DNA of 64,000 nt from Longimicrobiales bacterium (GTDB taxonomy: Bacteria > Gemmatimonadota > Gemmatimonadetes > Longimicrobiales > Gaopeijiaceae), in the NCBI GenBank assembly GCA_963664435.2, contig CAXXKM010000001.1:800001-864000 (forward strand), read 5' to 3'. Shown one piece after another: positions 10,097-19,500 of the stretch. Position 1 is the first letter of the stretch, and each line of letters begins with the position of its first letter. Below the pieces are notes generated by a model. The model saw only the letters and a program-made list of their open reading frames with translations, was not told the DNA's origin and did no database searches. Made by a program: the position numbers and the translations under genes.

Positions 10097-10864
10097 CTAG
10101 TCGTGCATGTGCTTCAGATAGATGCGCTCGAGATCCGCGTGGCCGATCTCTTCGGTGCCCATCTCCGTGACCAGGCGTCCGTAGCGCATGATGCCCACGC
10201 GCGTCCCGGTCTCCTTGGCGCGAAACAGATCGTGGGTCGCCATCAGCACCGCGACGCCGCGATCCTTGAGCCGTTCGATCAGCTCGGAGAACTCGTTGGA
10301 GGCCTGCGGGTCGAGACCTGAGGTCGGCTCGTCGAGAAGCAGCGCGTCGGCCTCCTTGGCGATCGCGATCGCGATGCCGACCTTCTGCCGCATGCCCTTG
10401 GAGTACCCGGACACGCGGTCCTGGACCGCGGCGCGCTGAAGTCCCGCTTCGACCAGGATGTCGGTGAGCCGGTCCGGGGACAGGGATCCCCTCCCGCCCA
10501 GGGCGGCGAAGTACTCCAGGTTCTCCAGGCCGCTCAGGTTGCGGTAGAGCATGACCTGCTCGGGGATGTACGCGATCCGCTGTTTCGTCTCGCGGTCGTG
10601 GGCGGCCACGTCCAGGCCGGCGATCAGCGCATGTCCGGACGTGGGCGCCACGAATCCGAGGAAGAGGTTGATGGTGGTGGTCTTGCCCGCCCCGTTGGGG
10701 CCGAGGAGGCAGTAGACCTCTCCGGGCGCTATGGCCAGGTCGAGGGAGTCGAGGGCCCGGGTCGCGCCGTAGTTCTTGCTGAGGCCTCGGGCTTCGAGAA
10801 GGGGCGTGCGCCCATTCCCGGATTCGGCGACGTGCCGAGATGCGGGCGTCTGCATGGATTCCAT
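10097..10864 (-). CDS. ABC transporter ATP-binding protein
   Basis: Walker A GPNGAGKTT, signature YSKGMRQ, Walker B LLLDEPT, H-loop; exact start uncertain. Confidence 0.92.
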   Translation of the reverse strand: MESMQTPASRHVAESGNGRTPLLEARGLSKNYGATRALDSLDLAIAPGEVYCLLGPNGAGKTTTINLFLGFVAPTSGHALIAGLDVAAHDRETKQRIAYIPEQVMLYRNLSGLENLEYFAALGGRGSLSPDRLTDILVEAGLQRAAVQDRVSGYSKGMRQKVGIAIAIAKEADALLLDEPTSGLDPQASNEFSELIERLKDRGVAVLMATHDLFRAKETGTRVGIMRYGRLVTEMGTEEIGHADLERIYLKHMHD

Positions 10865-10941
10865 CTCTCGTGTTGGGTGCGCCCTCGCGGACGCAACCAT
10901 CGACAGGGGCGGCCGACGGACGGGTCGGCCGGAGGACTCTG

Positions 10942-11259
10942 CTAGAGAGAGATGAAGAGAGGCGGGGCGCGGCTTCGGCGAGGGGTGAGATGAACGATCC
11001 GGGGAACGAACCGGCGCCCGCGGAACGCGGGAGTCCGCACCAGACTCGATCCCCCGAGGCTCGGAGTACCCGAGGCGATGGTCGGTCCAGGGTTGTGGAC
11101 GACCTGGCACACGGAACACGCGCCCGGAGAATCGGGGCCGTCACCGTGGGTGTGGGAACCTTCCGTGGAGTTGACGAGGAGGAGGAAGAGGATGACCGCC
11201 AGTCCGGTCACCGCACGCACGCGCTCCCGAGATCTCGCTGGATCAAACAGGTGCGCCAT
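10942..11259 (-). CDS. DUF2946/CruR-like leader protein with CxxC and C-terminal RAPP motif (putative metal-responsive arrest peptide)
   Basis: N-terminal TM/signal segment, HTH..CSVCQVVH, low-complexity linker, SRAPPLFISL C-terminus; lies directly upstream of the ABC operon. Confidence 0.7.
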   Translation of the reverse strand: MAHLFDPARSRERVRAVTGLAVILFLLLVNSTEGSHTHGDGPDSPGACSVCQVVHNPGPTIASGTPSLGGSSLVRTPAFRGRRFVPRIVHLTPRRSRAPPLFISL

Positions 11260-11472
11260 CGTTCGCTCCTCCACCTCGCGGACTCCCCATCCACCCACTC
11301 GACCGTCTCCCGGACGTTCGGGACGCGCCGGACGCTACCGTAGCGCGCTGGTCCGGAGAGGTCAATACATGGGCGGCGCCACACGCGGTTGCCCCGACCT
11401 CACCCAAACCCGTTAGATTCATCGAGGTCCGGGCCGCAGGTCCGGCCGGTTCACCCGGAAGACAGGACGACC

Positions 11473-12021
11473 ATGAACGTTGCCGCCGCCATCCTGCTCG
11501 CCACTTCCGCGCTGCACGCCAGCGGCGCGACCCAGGAACCCATGTCCACGGGTCCCTCGCACGCCGGCTACAGCGACGCCGTGACCATGCGGCACTCGCA
11601 CGACGGGCCCCACGGCGAGGACCTTCTCCGCATCGAGCAGATGATCCGCTGCACCTGCGGATGCCTCATGGACACCCACATCTGTCAGTACCAGATGCAG
11701 TGCGCGGAATCCCCGCTCTACACTCAGCGCATCCTGGCGGCGCTGGAGGCGGGCGAGACCGAGGAAGTCATTCTCGCCGGCTTCGTCGCCGACTTCGGCG
11801 CGGACATCATCAGTTCGCCCCCGGTGGAAGGCTTCAACCGGGTGGGCTATTTCATGCCCGCGGTCGCGATCGTCTTCTCGGGCCTTCTCATCGGGCTGTT
11901 CGTGCGCAGAAACGTGGCCCGGGGACGGAGACGCGCGCCGGTGGTGGCGTCGGATATCTCCGACAAGGACTGGGAGCAGCTGCGCAAGGAGATGAAGGCG
12001 CTGGAGAAGGAAGACTGGTAG
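11473..12021 (+). CDS. Cytochrome c biogenesis CcmH/NrfF-like protein
   Basis: Signal peptide, IRCTCGC..C..C, AGETEEVILAGFVADFG..I...PP..GFN followed by a TM segment. Confidence 0.7.
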   Translation: MNVAAAILLATSALHASGATQEPMSTGPSHAGYSDAVTMRHSHDGPHGEDLLRIEQMIRCTCGCLMDTHICQYQMQCAESPLYTQRILAALEAGETEEVILAGFVADFGADIISSPPVEGFNRVGYFMPAVAIVFSGLLIGLFVRRNVARGRRRAPVVASDISDKDWEQLRKEMKALEKEDW

Positions 12022-12087
12022 GCCGGCGGAGCCCCTGAGGGCCGCACGGCCCAGCCGTCTCACCAAAGCCCCGGATCCCGGAACCCG

Positions 12088-12522
12088 ATGCCCGAACCCC
12101 AGAACTACGCCAATCACGCCAAGCGTCCTCCCCGGCTGTTTCTCGTGGCGTGGTTCGCCGCGACGGCCGCGGCCGCGAGCTTCCTCTTCCGACTTTTCGC
12201 CGACTTCAGCGTCGAGACCCTGGCGCTGTTCCTCACCGCGGGTGGGGCCTCGGTCGGAATCATGTTGGCGCGCCGGTTCGCCCTGGGCGTCCAGGACCGG
12301 GTCATCCGCCTCGAGGAGCGCCTGCGCCTGGAGAGACTCCTTCCGGACGAGCTGAAGGGCCACGTCGAGGAGCTGACGACGGATCAGCTGATCGGGCTGC
12401 GCTTTGCTTCGGACGCGGAGCTGCCCGATCTGGCGCGCCGGGTTCTGGATGGCGAGCTGACGGACCGGAAGGCGATCAAGCAGGCCGTAGAGGACTGGCG
12501 GGCCGACCACCAGCGCATCTGA
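12088..12522 (+). CDS. DUF6526-like membrane protein
   Basis: QNYANH..., FALGVQDRVIRLEERLR, QLIGLRFASDAEL, WRADHQRI. Confidence 0.7.
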   Translation: MPEPQNYANHAKRPPRLFLVAWFAATAAAASFLFRLFADFSVETLALFLTAGGASVGIMLARRFALGVQDRVIRLEERLRLERLLPDELKGHVEELTTDQLIGLRFASDAELPDLARRVLDGELTDRKAIKQAVEDWRADHQRI

Positions 12523-12535
12523 TTCGCAGGCCGTC

Positions 12536-13225
12536 GTGAGCCACCCCCAGTGCTGCGGGCTCGAACGGCAGTTCGACGACGGCCACGCGGAGCGCAACCT
12601 GCGCCGATACCGCCGCAAGGGACCGGCCAAAGCGACCCGCTGGCTGCTGGGGGCCCTCTCCGAGGACGGCGTCGCGGGCCGCACCTTCATCGACATCGGC
12701 GGGGGCATCGGAGCCATCCAGCATGAGCTGATGGCGCGTGGCGCCGCCGGGGGGACGCATTCGGACGCGGCTCCGGCGTTTCTGCGCGCCGCGCGCTCCG
12801 AAGCCGAGGCCCGGGGCTATGCCGACCGCATTCGCTACGTGGACGGCGATTTCGTGGAGCGGGCAGGCGAACTCCCCGCCGCCGACCTGGTGACCCTGGA
12901 CCGGGTGGTGTGCTGCTATCCCGACATGCCGGCCCTTCTGGGCGCGGCGGCGCCTCTGGCGAAGCGGACGCTCGGGCTGGTGATGCCGCATGGCGGACCG
13001 CTGGCGCGCTTCGGCGTCGGGCTGGTCAACTTCATCCAGCGCCTCAGGCGGCATCCGTTCCGGGTCTTCGCGCACGAACCTGCCGCGGTGGAGGCGGTGC
13101 TGGAGAGCCATGGGCTCGCGAAGCGATTCGAACGCGCCGGCGTGGTATGGCGGGTGTTGGTCTTTACCAGGCCGAAGACCGGCCGGATCCGAGCTTCAGA
13201 CGAAGGCTGTTCAGGACCACGCTGA
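12536..13225 (+). CDS. Class I SAM-dependent methyltransferase
   Basis: FIDIGGGIG motif [16 protein letters not shown]. Confidence 0.85.
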   Translation: MSHPQCCGLERQFDDGHAERNLRRYRRKGPAKATRWLLGALSEDGVAGRTFIDIGGGIGAIQHELMARGAAGGTHSDAAPAFLRAARSEAEARGYADRIRYVDGDFVERAGELPAADLVTLDRVVCCYPDMPALLGAAAPLAKRTLGLVMPHGGPLARFGVGLVNFIQRLRRHPFRVFAHEPAAVEAVLESHGLAKRFERAGVVWRVLVFTRPKTGRIRASDEGCSGPR

Positions 13226-15461
13226 CGCTCGAGAACGCCATTGCCAGGGCGGCCAGAACCGGGTGCAGCTGGCTGCTGGCGGCGGCCACCGGAATAAGCG
13301 CCACATTGTAGCCGAAGGCCCAGAAGAGATTCTGGCGAATCGTACGCATGGTGGCGCGCGATAGCTGGATGGCGTCGTTCACTCCGACCAGATCATCCCG
13401 CATCAGGGTGATGTCGGCGCTCTCGATGGCCACGTCGGTCCCGGTCCCTATGGCGATGCCGACATCCGCCCGCGCCAACGCGGGTGCGTCGTTGGTGCCG
13501 TCGCCCACCATGGCGACCGTTGCGCCCGTTTCCTCCTGAAGCGCGCTCACCACCTCGGCCTTCTCGCGCGGCGGCACGCCGGCCCGCACCTCCTGGATGC
13601 CGGCCTCGTCGGCGATGGCGGCGGCGGTCGGGGCGTTGTCGCCGGTGACCATGACCACGCGCATTCGCGTTCGCAGGTTCTCGATCGCGTCACGGGCACC
13701 CGGCTTGAGTTCGTCCGCGATGGCGATCAGGCCCATCGCGCGCCCGTCGACCGCCACCCAGACCACCGTATGCGCCCGCGCCTCCAGGCGCTCCGCCTCC
13801 GCTGCGAAACCGTATCCGTGACTGCCGTGGACGCCCGCGAACTGCTTCTTCCCCACCACCACCCGATGGTAGTCCACCGTGGCGACCACGCCGTATCCGG
13901 GAACGGCCTCGAAGTCGCGCGGAGGCTCCAGTGCGATCCCGCGCGCCTCCGCCTCCCGCACCACCGCGCGCGCGAGCGGATGCTCGCTGCCCCATTCGGC
14001 GGAGCCCGCCATCCGAAGGATCTTGCGCGGGTCGCTTCCCACCACCGCGCGCACCGCCGGCTTGCCCCGGGTGATCGTGCCGGTCTTGTCGAGCACCACC
14101 ACCCGCAGCTGCCGGGCGAGTTCGAGCGCCCCGCTGTTCCTGAACAGGATGCCCTTCCCCGCCCCCAACCCCATCCCGACCATGACCGCCGTGGGGGTCG
14201 CCAGCCCCAGCGCGCACGGGCACGCGATCACCAGCACGGCCACCATCCGGATCAACGCGGCCGGAAAGCCGGCGCCCGCGGCCATCCACCACACCAGGAA
14301 GGTGCCGACCGCGATCGCGATCACGATCGGCACGAAGATCCCCGCCACCCGGTCGGCCAGCCGCTGCACCGGCGCCTTGCTGCCCTGGGCCTCGCGAACC
14401 AGGCGCACAATCCCCGCCAGGGCGGTGTCGGCGCCCACCCGGGTCGCGCGCACCTGCAGCAGACCCTCGTGGTTGAGGGTGCCGCCGATCACCTCCACCC
14501 CCGGCTCCTTGTCCACCGGGAGGCTCTCGCCGGTGAAGGTGCTCTCATCCACCGAGGACCGCCCGTCGAGCACGACGCCGTCCACCGGAATCCGCTCGCC
14601 GGGCCGCACCAGCACGACCTGGTCCACCTGTACCCGGTCGACCGGCACTTCCCGTTCCTCCCCGTCCGCGAGAAGGGTCGCCGTGCGCGGGCGCAACGCC
14701 ATCATCCGGCGAATGGCGTCGCCGGTCTCGCCCCTGGCTCGAACCTCCAGCCACTTGCCCAGCTTGATGAGCGTGATGATGGCCGCGGCCGTCTCGAAGT
14801 AGACGTGCTCGCCCAGCGTCGTCACCCCGAGGGTGAGCGCGACCGTCACGGCCACGCTGTAGAAGAAGGCCGCCGAAGACCCCAGCGCCACCAGCACGTC
14901 CATGTTGGCGCCGCGATTGCGCAGCGCCTTGAAGGACCCCGTGTAGTAGCTCCGCCCAACGTAGAACTGGACCGGAGTCGCGAGGACGAGGAAGGCCCAG
15001 TTCACCCATGGCGCGTGCGCCCACGCGCCCACCAGCCCGAAGTCGCGGGCCATGCTGGCCAGGAAGAGGGGCAGGGTGAACGCGAGCCCGGTGCGGAACT
15101 CGCGGGCGTGGCGGTCGATCTCGCGTGCGCGGGCCTTCGCCTCGGCGTCCTCCGCCGCTGCCCCGGAACCCCCGTCCTCCGCCGCCACCGCTTCGGTGAC
15201 CACCCCGTAGCCGGCCTCTTCGATGACGCGCGTCACCTCGGCGGGGGTCACGGCGTCGGGCAGGTACTGGATGGTCGCGCGCCCGGAGGCGAAGTTCACG
15301 TCCGCGCTCACCACCCCGGCGACGCCCGCGCGCAGGACGTTCTCGATCGTGGCCGCGCAACCCATGCACGACATCCCCGTGACGGGAAGCTCCAGCCGGG
15401 TGGGCGCGGCGCCATCGCCCGCGGGGCCGGAGGGTGGTGCGGTTCGGCTTGCAACCGACAA
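13164..15461 (-). CDS. copA: Cu(I)-translocating P1B-type ATPase
   Basis: N-terminal GMSCMGC HMA domain, [33 protein letters not shown] and MAFSS motifs. Confidence 0.93.
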   Translation of the reverse strand: MSVASRTAPPSGPAGDGAAPTRLELPVTGMSCMGCAATIENVLRAGVAGVVSADVNFASGRATIQYLPDAVTPAEVTRVIEEAGYGVVTEAVAAEDGGSGAAAEDAEAKARAREIDRHAREFRTGLAFTLPLFLASMARDFGLVGAWAHAPWVNWAFLVLATPVQFYVGRSYYTGSFKALRNRGANMDVLVALGSSAAFFYSVAVTVALTLGVTTLGEHVYFETAAAIITLIKLGKWLEVRARGETGDAIRRMMALRPRTATLLADGEEREVPVDRVQVDQVVLVRPGERIPVDGVVLDGRSSVDESTFTGESLPVDKEPGVEVIGGTLNHEGLLQVRATRVGADTALAGIVRLVREAQGSKAPVQRLADRVAGIFVPIVIAIAVGTFLVWWMAAGAGFPAALIRMVAVLVIACPCALGLATPTAVMVGMGLGAGKGILFRNSGALELARQLRVVVLDKTGTITRGKPAVRAVVGSDPRKILRMAGSAEWGSEHPLARAVVREAEARGIALEPPRDFEAVPGYGVVATVDYHRVVVGKKQFAGVHGSHGYGFAAEAERLEARAHTVVWVAVDGRAMGLIAIADELKPGARDAIENLRTRMRVVMVTGDNAPTAAAIADEAGIQEVRAGVPPREKAEVVSALQEETGATVAMVGDGTNDAPALARADVGIAIGTGTDVAIESADITLMRDDLVGVNDAIQLSRATMRTIRQNLFWAFGYNVALIPVAAASSQLHPVLAALAMAFSSVSVVLNSLRLKLGSGRSSAW

Positions 15462-15624
15462 GGGTCACCTCGTTTTCGCGGTCTGTTCGCGACTGCCGCA
15501 GTCGCTTGCACGACGCGATGCGCTGGCGTAGCGCGCGAAGACCGAAAATGTTCACGTAAACTTTCACCGGGATCCGGAACAAGCCAATCCCGACCTTCAC
15601 GCATTCTACCCCGATTACACCGAT

Positions 15625-16473
15625 ATGTCCTTCACCACGCTTGTAACCTCGGACGAACTGTCCCGGCACCTCGACGACCCCGACTGGGTGATCCTCGACT
15701 GCCGCTTTTCCCTGGTCGACGCGGAACACGGCCGGCGCGCGTATGAGGAGGGGCACGTCCCGGGCGCCGCCTATGCGCACCTGGAAGAAGATCTCTCCGG
15801 TCCCATCCTCCCGGGCGTGACCGGTCGCCACCCCCTTCCCGAGGTCGCCGATTTCGCGCGCACGCTCGGCTCCTGGGGCGTGGACGAGCGGGCCCAGGTC
15901 GTGGTCTACGACGACATGGGAGGCGCCATGGCGGGACGGCTCTGGTGGATGCTCGGGTGGGTCGGCCACGACGCCGTCGCCCTGCTCGACGGCGGCTGGC
16001 AGCGCTGGGGCGGCGAGGGGCGGCCAGTCACGGCGGAACCTGGCGCGCGGCCCTCACGTGTCTTCAGGGCGGCACCGCGACCCGAGCGTCTCGTCCCCGT
16101 GGCCGAAGTGCTGGACCGCCTGGGCGACGCCTCCATCCCCCTCATCGACGCGCGCGCCGGCGAACGCTACCGCGGCGAGGTCGAACCGCTCGACCCGGTG
16201 GCGGGCCACATCCCGGGAGCGGTGTGCGCGGCCTTCGAGGAAAACCTCTCGCCCGACGGGACCTTCAAGTCCCCCGAGCAGCTCCGGCAGCGCTTCCGGG
16301 CCATCCTCGGCGACACGCCCCCGGAGGACTCGGTGTCCTACTGCGGCTCCGGCGTCACCGCGTGCCACAACCTGCTCGCCATGGAGCACGCGGGGCTGAC
16401 CGGCGGACGGCTCTACGCGGGCTCCTGGAGCGACTGGGTCACCGACCCCGACCGTCCGGTCGAACGCGGCTGA
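15625..16473 (+). CDS. Tandem-domain sulfurtransferase (rhodanese / 3-mercaptopyruvate sulfurtransferase, SseA-like)
   Basis: GHVPGA, GRHPLP, LDGG, GHIPGA, YCGSGVTAC, YAGSWSDW. Confidence 0.92.
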   Translation: MSFTTLVTSDELSRHLDDPDWVILDCRFSLVDAEHGRRAYEEGHVPGAAYAHLEEDLSGPILPGVTGRHPLPEVADFARTLGSWGVDERAQVVVYDDMGGAMAGRLWWMLGWVGHDAVALLDGGWQRWGGEGRPVTAEPGARPSRVFRAAPRPERLVPVAEVLDRLGDASIPLIDARAGERYRGEVEPLDPVAGHIPGAVCAAFEENLSPDGTFKSPEQLRQRFRAILGDTPPEDSVSYCGSGVTACHNLLAMEHAGLTGGRLYAGSWSDWVTDPDRPVERG

Positions 16474-16532
16474 GGGGTCCGCGCCCGTTTCGACGCGGCG
16501 CGGCTCGACCGGAGGCGCCCCACCGGCAGCAA

Positions 16533-16600
16533 GAGCCCTCACCGGGACCGAGCACCCTCACCCCGGATCGAGCACTCTCACCCGGGCCCGAGCACCCTCG
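16533..16600. repeat. Degenerate tandem repeat of about 20 bp (3 to 4 copies) of the 3' end of the PLD gene
   Basis: Minus strand reads GGTGCTCGGGCCCGGGTGA / GAGTGCTCGATCCGGGGTGA / GGGTGCTCGGTCCCGGTGA. Confidence 0.6.
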
Positions 16601-17720
16601 CCACCCGTCTGGCGACCCGGATCGGCATCGCGCGCAGCGCTCTCCCCAGCCTTCCCGCTCCGGAATCGCCATCGTCCTCGAACCGGCGCGAGGCTCGCAG
16701 ATCCGGTTCCAGCACCCGGCGGCGGAACGCCTCGATGACCTCCCTCGACCGGAACACGGCCACGACCTCGGCCAGAAACCCGTTGTAGCTCATCAGGTCA
16801 AAGTTGGACGATCCAGTCACGAGCGTTCCGTCGTCGATCAGCATGCACTTCATGTGGATCATGCCACCCTCGAACAGCCAGACCTCGAAGCCGGCCCGCG
16901 CCGCCATCGCCAGCAGGTACTTCTGCAAATAGGCCTTGTTGTTCGAGCGCGGCGTCACGATCCGAACCCGGATGCCACGCGCTGCGGCGGCCGCCAGGTG
17001 GTCCGTGAAGGGCGGGCTCACGTACGGGCTGATGACGTCGATCGAACGCTCGGCGGCATCGATGAGCCCGAGAAGGTCGCGGTATTCCGCTCGGTTGCCC
17101 GCGCCCGGCAGCAGGTGCAGGTCCAGTTCCCGCTCAGGGAAGGAAGCGCGCCCGCGCTCCGAACGTCCCTCCCACGAGGACTCGAAGTCCCGCCTGAGAA
17201 AGCGCGCGACCTCCGCATCCTCGACCCGCACCATGAGATCGTGCCACGCGAAATTGTGCTCCGAGAAGTTGATGCCTCCGATGTAGGACACGCGGTCGTC
17301 GAAGAGGATGAGCTTCTTGTGGTCGCGGTTGAGGAAGTGCTGGCCGAGGATGCCGAACGGGCGGCCGAAGCGCACCCCCACGCCTCCCGCGCGCAGCAGG
17401 CGCACCAGCCGGCCCGTGTTGCGCACCTCCGCCCGAAACGCGGGATCGAAGAGCGTTCCGGGCATGGCGATCCAGCGGTCGTTCTGGTTGGCGCGCGTAT
17501 ACGAGTCGACGAGCAGGCGGCGGTCGGGAGCAGGGGCGTCGAGCAGGGCGTCCGAAAGCGCCGTCCCCACCCAATCCCCCTCGAACGAGTAGGTCTGGAT
17601 GAAGGCGTATTCGCGCGCCGCGGCCAGGTCGGCCTGCACCGATGCCCAGACCGCCTCGGAATCGACCAGAACCTCGGCTCGTGCGTCGCCTCGCGGGAGG
17701 CGCACACCGTCGTTGGGCAT
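16578..17720 (-). CDS. Phospholipase D / cardiolipin synthase family protein
   Basis: Two HKD motifs: DHKKLILFDD..GGIN and IHMKCMLIDD..GSSNFD. Confidence 0.88.
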   Translation of the reverse strand: MPNDGVRLPRGDARAEVLVDSEAVWASVQADLAAAREYAFIQTYSFEGDWVGTALSDALLDAPAPDRRLLVDSYTRANQNDRWIAMPGTLFDPAFRAEVRNTGRLVRLLRAGGVGVRFGRPFGILGQHFLNRDHKKLILFDDRVSYIGGINFSEHNFAWHDLMVRVEDAEVARFLRRDFESSWEGRSERGRASFPERELDLHLLPGAGNRAEYRDLLGLIDAAERSIDVISPYVSPPFTDHLAAAAARGIRVRIVTPRSNNKAYLQKYLLAMAARAGFEVWLFEGGMIHMKCMLIDDGTLVTGSSNFDLMSYNGFLAEVVAVFRSREVIEAFRRRVLEPDLRASRRFEDDGDSGAGRLGRALRAMPIRVARRVARVLGPG

Positions 17721-17723
17721 CTT

Positions 17724-19196
17724 CTAGAAGAGCCCCTGCAGCCAGAGCACCACGAACGCGCCGTAGAATACCGACGTCGCGACCAGCGCGACCCTGCGCC
17801 ACATCGGTGGCCGAATCTCCTCCGGCAGGAAACGGGTGTTGATGTACAGCAGGTGGAGCGAGGAGATCACGAAGACGATGCCCGCCATGTTGGCGCCCAG
17901 CTGCAGCAGCACGATCGGCTGCGCCAGCCCCAGGCCGACGATCCCCCAACCGGCGATCCCCACGAGCACCGTGTAGTAGACGAAGCGCACATCGCCCCCG
18001 CGCCAGCGCCGCACGCGCCGGGACCCAGTCCACAGGATGTCGGTGATGGCGCGCGTCATTCCGTCGACGATGTCCAGTTGCGTCTTGAACAGGATCCAGA
18101 CCCCCATCAGAGCGATGATGCCCCCGAAGAGGGCGCCCGCCCGCGTGGCCATGGCGTCGGCCAGCGCCGCCGCAACCGACAGGCCGCGGATGTCGGTGCC
18201 GCCCTCGATGAAGGTCACGTAGAGGACGGCGGGCAGGATCATTCCCAGCAGCGCGCCCCCGAAGTAGACCCCCCACTGGTCGGCGCGCACGATGCGCCAC
18301 CACCCCCGCCACCGCCCCAGGGCGTCCGGGGTAGGATCGAAGATGTAGCCGGTCGGGGCCAGGCGCACCTGCTTCCCCCCCACCGCGGCCGGAATGTAGC
18401 CCACCACGCTGCCCATCCCGTACCCCTTGTCGCGCGCCCAGTTGGAGAGGGTCAGGTTGGTCATGCCACCCGCGCCCGAGTAGGCCGCGAAGGCCCCGAT
18501 CAGGAAGAAGTCGGCGCCCGCCGGCATGAAGCGGAACGCCCCCTGCGCCGGGTCGTAGCCGACCAGCCCCGCCGCCCCCGCGACCCATGTCTCCGGGGCC
18601 ACGAACATGAGCGCCAGCACCAGGAAGGTCCCGAGGATCGCCACCACCAGGATCCAGTTCAGGATCTCAAGCGTCCGTTCGATGCGCCGCCCGAAGAGCA
18701 GGATGGCGACGCACAGGACGAACGTCCCCACCCCGAAGGCATGCACCAGACCGGCGTTCTCCGGCCCCGCCAGGTCGCGGAACACCAGGAAGAACACCGC
18801 GCCCGCCGCCGTGCCCGCCCAGGCCGGCCATCCCAGCTGCAGGAAGTAGAGCAGGGCGTAGACCACCGCCCAGAACGGCGCCGCCGGCCGCGTGCGCATG
18901 AAGCCGGTGAAGACGGGCTCGCCGGTGGCGATGGTCCAGCGCATGAGCTCGGTGTTGAACACGGTCTGCAGGAAGGTGGCGACCAGCGTCACCCACAGCA
19001 GCACCAGGCCGTAGCGCACGAAGGCGGAGGGGCCCAGCAGGAATTCGCCGCCCCCGATGGAGGCGCCCAGCACGATCACTCCGGGGCCCACGACCCCCAT
19101 CCACGCCAGTCCCCGGGGCCGGGGCGGGACCGGCAGCTCGGCGCTCCGGAAGGGAGCCAGGCCGGTCCGCGATTCGGGGGTCTGTCGTTCAGGCAC
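17724..19196 (-). CDS. Nramp-like (APC superfamily) membrane transporter
   Basis: VGPGVIVLGASIGGGEFLLGP, ATGE motif, about 11 TM segments. Confidence 0.7.
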   Translation of the reverse strand: MPERQTPESRTGLAPFRSAELPVPPRPRGLAWMGVVGPGVIVLGASIGGGEFLLGPSAFVRYGLVLLWVTLVATFLQTVFNTELMRWTIATGEPVFTGFMRTRPAAPFWAVVYALLYFLQLGWPAWAGTAAGAVFFLVFRDLAGPENAGLVHAFGVGTFVLCVAILLFGRRIERTLEILNWILVVAILGTFLVLALMFVAPETWVAGAAGLVGYDPAQGAFRFMPAGADFFLIGAFAAYSGAGGMTNLTLSNWARDKGYGMGSVVGYIPAAVGGKQVRLAPTGYIFDPTPDALGRWRGWWRIVRADQWGVYFGGALLGMILPAVLYVTFIEGGTDIRGLSVAAALADAMATRAGALFGGIIALMGVWILFKTQLDIVDGMTRAITDILWTGSRRVRRWRGGDVRFVYYTVLVGIAGWGIVGLGLAQPIVLLQLGANMAGIVFVISSLHLLYINTRFLPEEIRPPMWRRVALVATSVFYGAFVVLWLQGLF

Positions 19197-19500
19197 GGGT
19201 CACCGCCCTCTGTTTCGGTTTGACCGCGAATCGGCAACAGGACGCACGGCGTCCCAAATCTTGCACTCGGGGCCGTTCTGGTACATCATTGGGGGCAACC
19301 GGGGTCGGATGCGACCCCCAGAGCCAACGGGCCTTCCGGCCCAGCTTCGAACGGGGTCGAACCCAGCCAAGCCGTTTTCTTGACGAACACTCGGCCCCTT
19401 CTCCGCTTCCGTCTCGCCTCCGGCTGCCCCGGCGGCTTTCCGCGCTGACGCCAACTCGGCGGAGTCGCCCGCGCCCCTTCAGGTCCACGGCCAAGGACTG

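Noticed and set aside
13164..13300. Apparent deletion in the CopA C-terminal loop and 62-bp convergent overlap with the methyltransferase
   Set aside because: The YN and MAFSS motifs are intact, short TM7-TM8 loops are common, and short convergent overlaps are frequent in GC-rich genomes.
15945..19223. Long alternative-frame or antisense ORFs (for example 1092 aa here and 1200 aa at 39342-42944)
   Set aside because: Arg/Pro/Gly-rich shadow ORFs expected in high-GC DNA opposite well-supported genes; no recognisable motifs.
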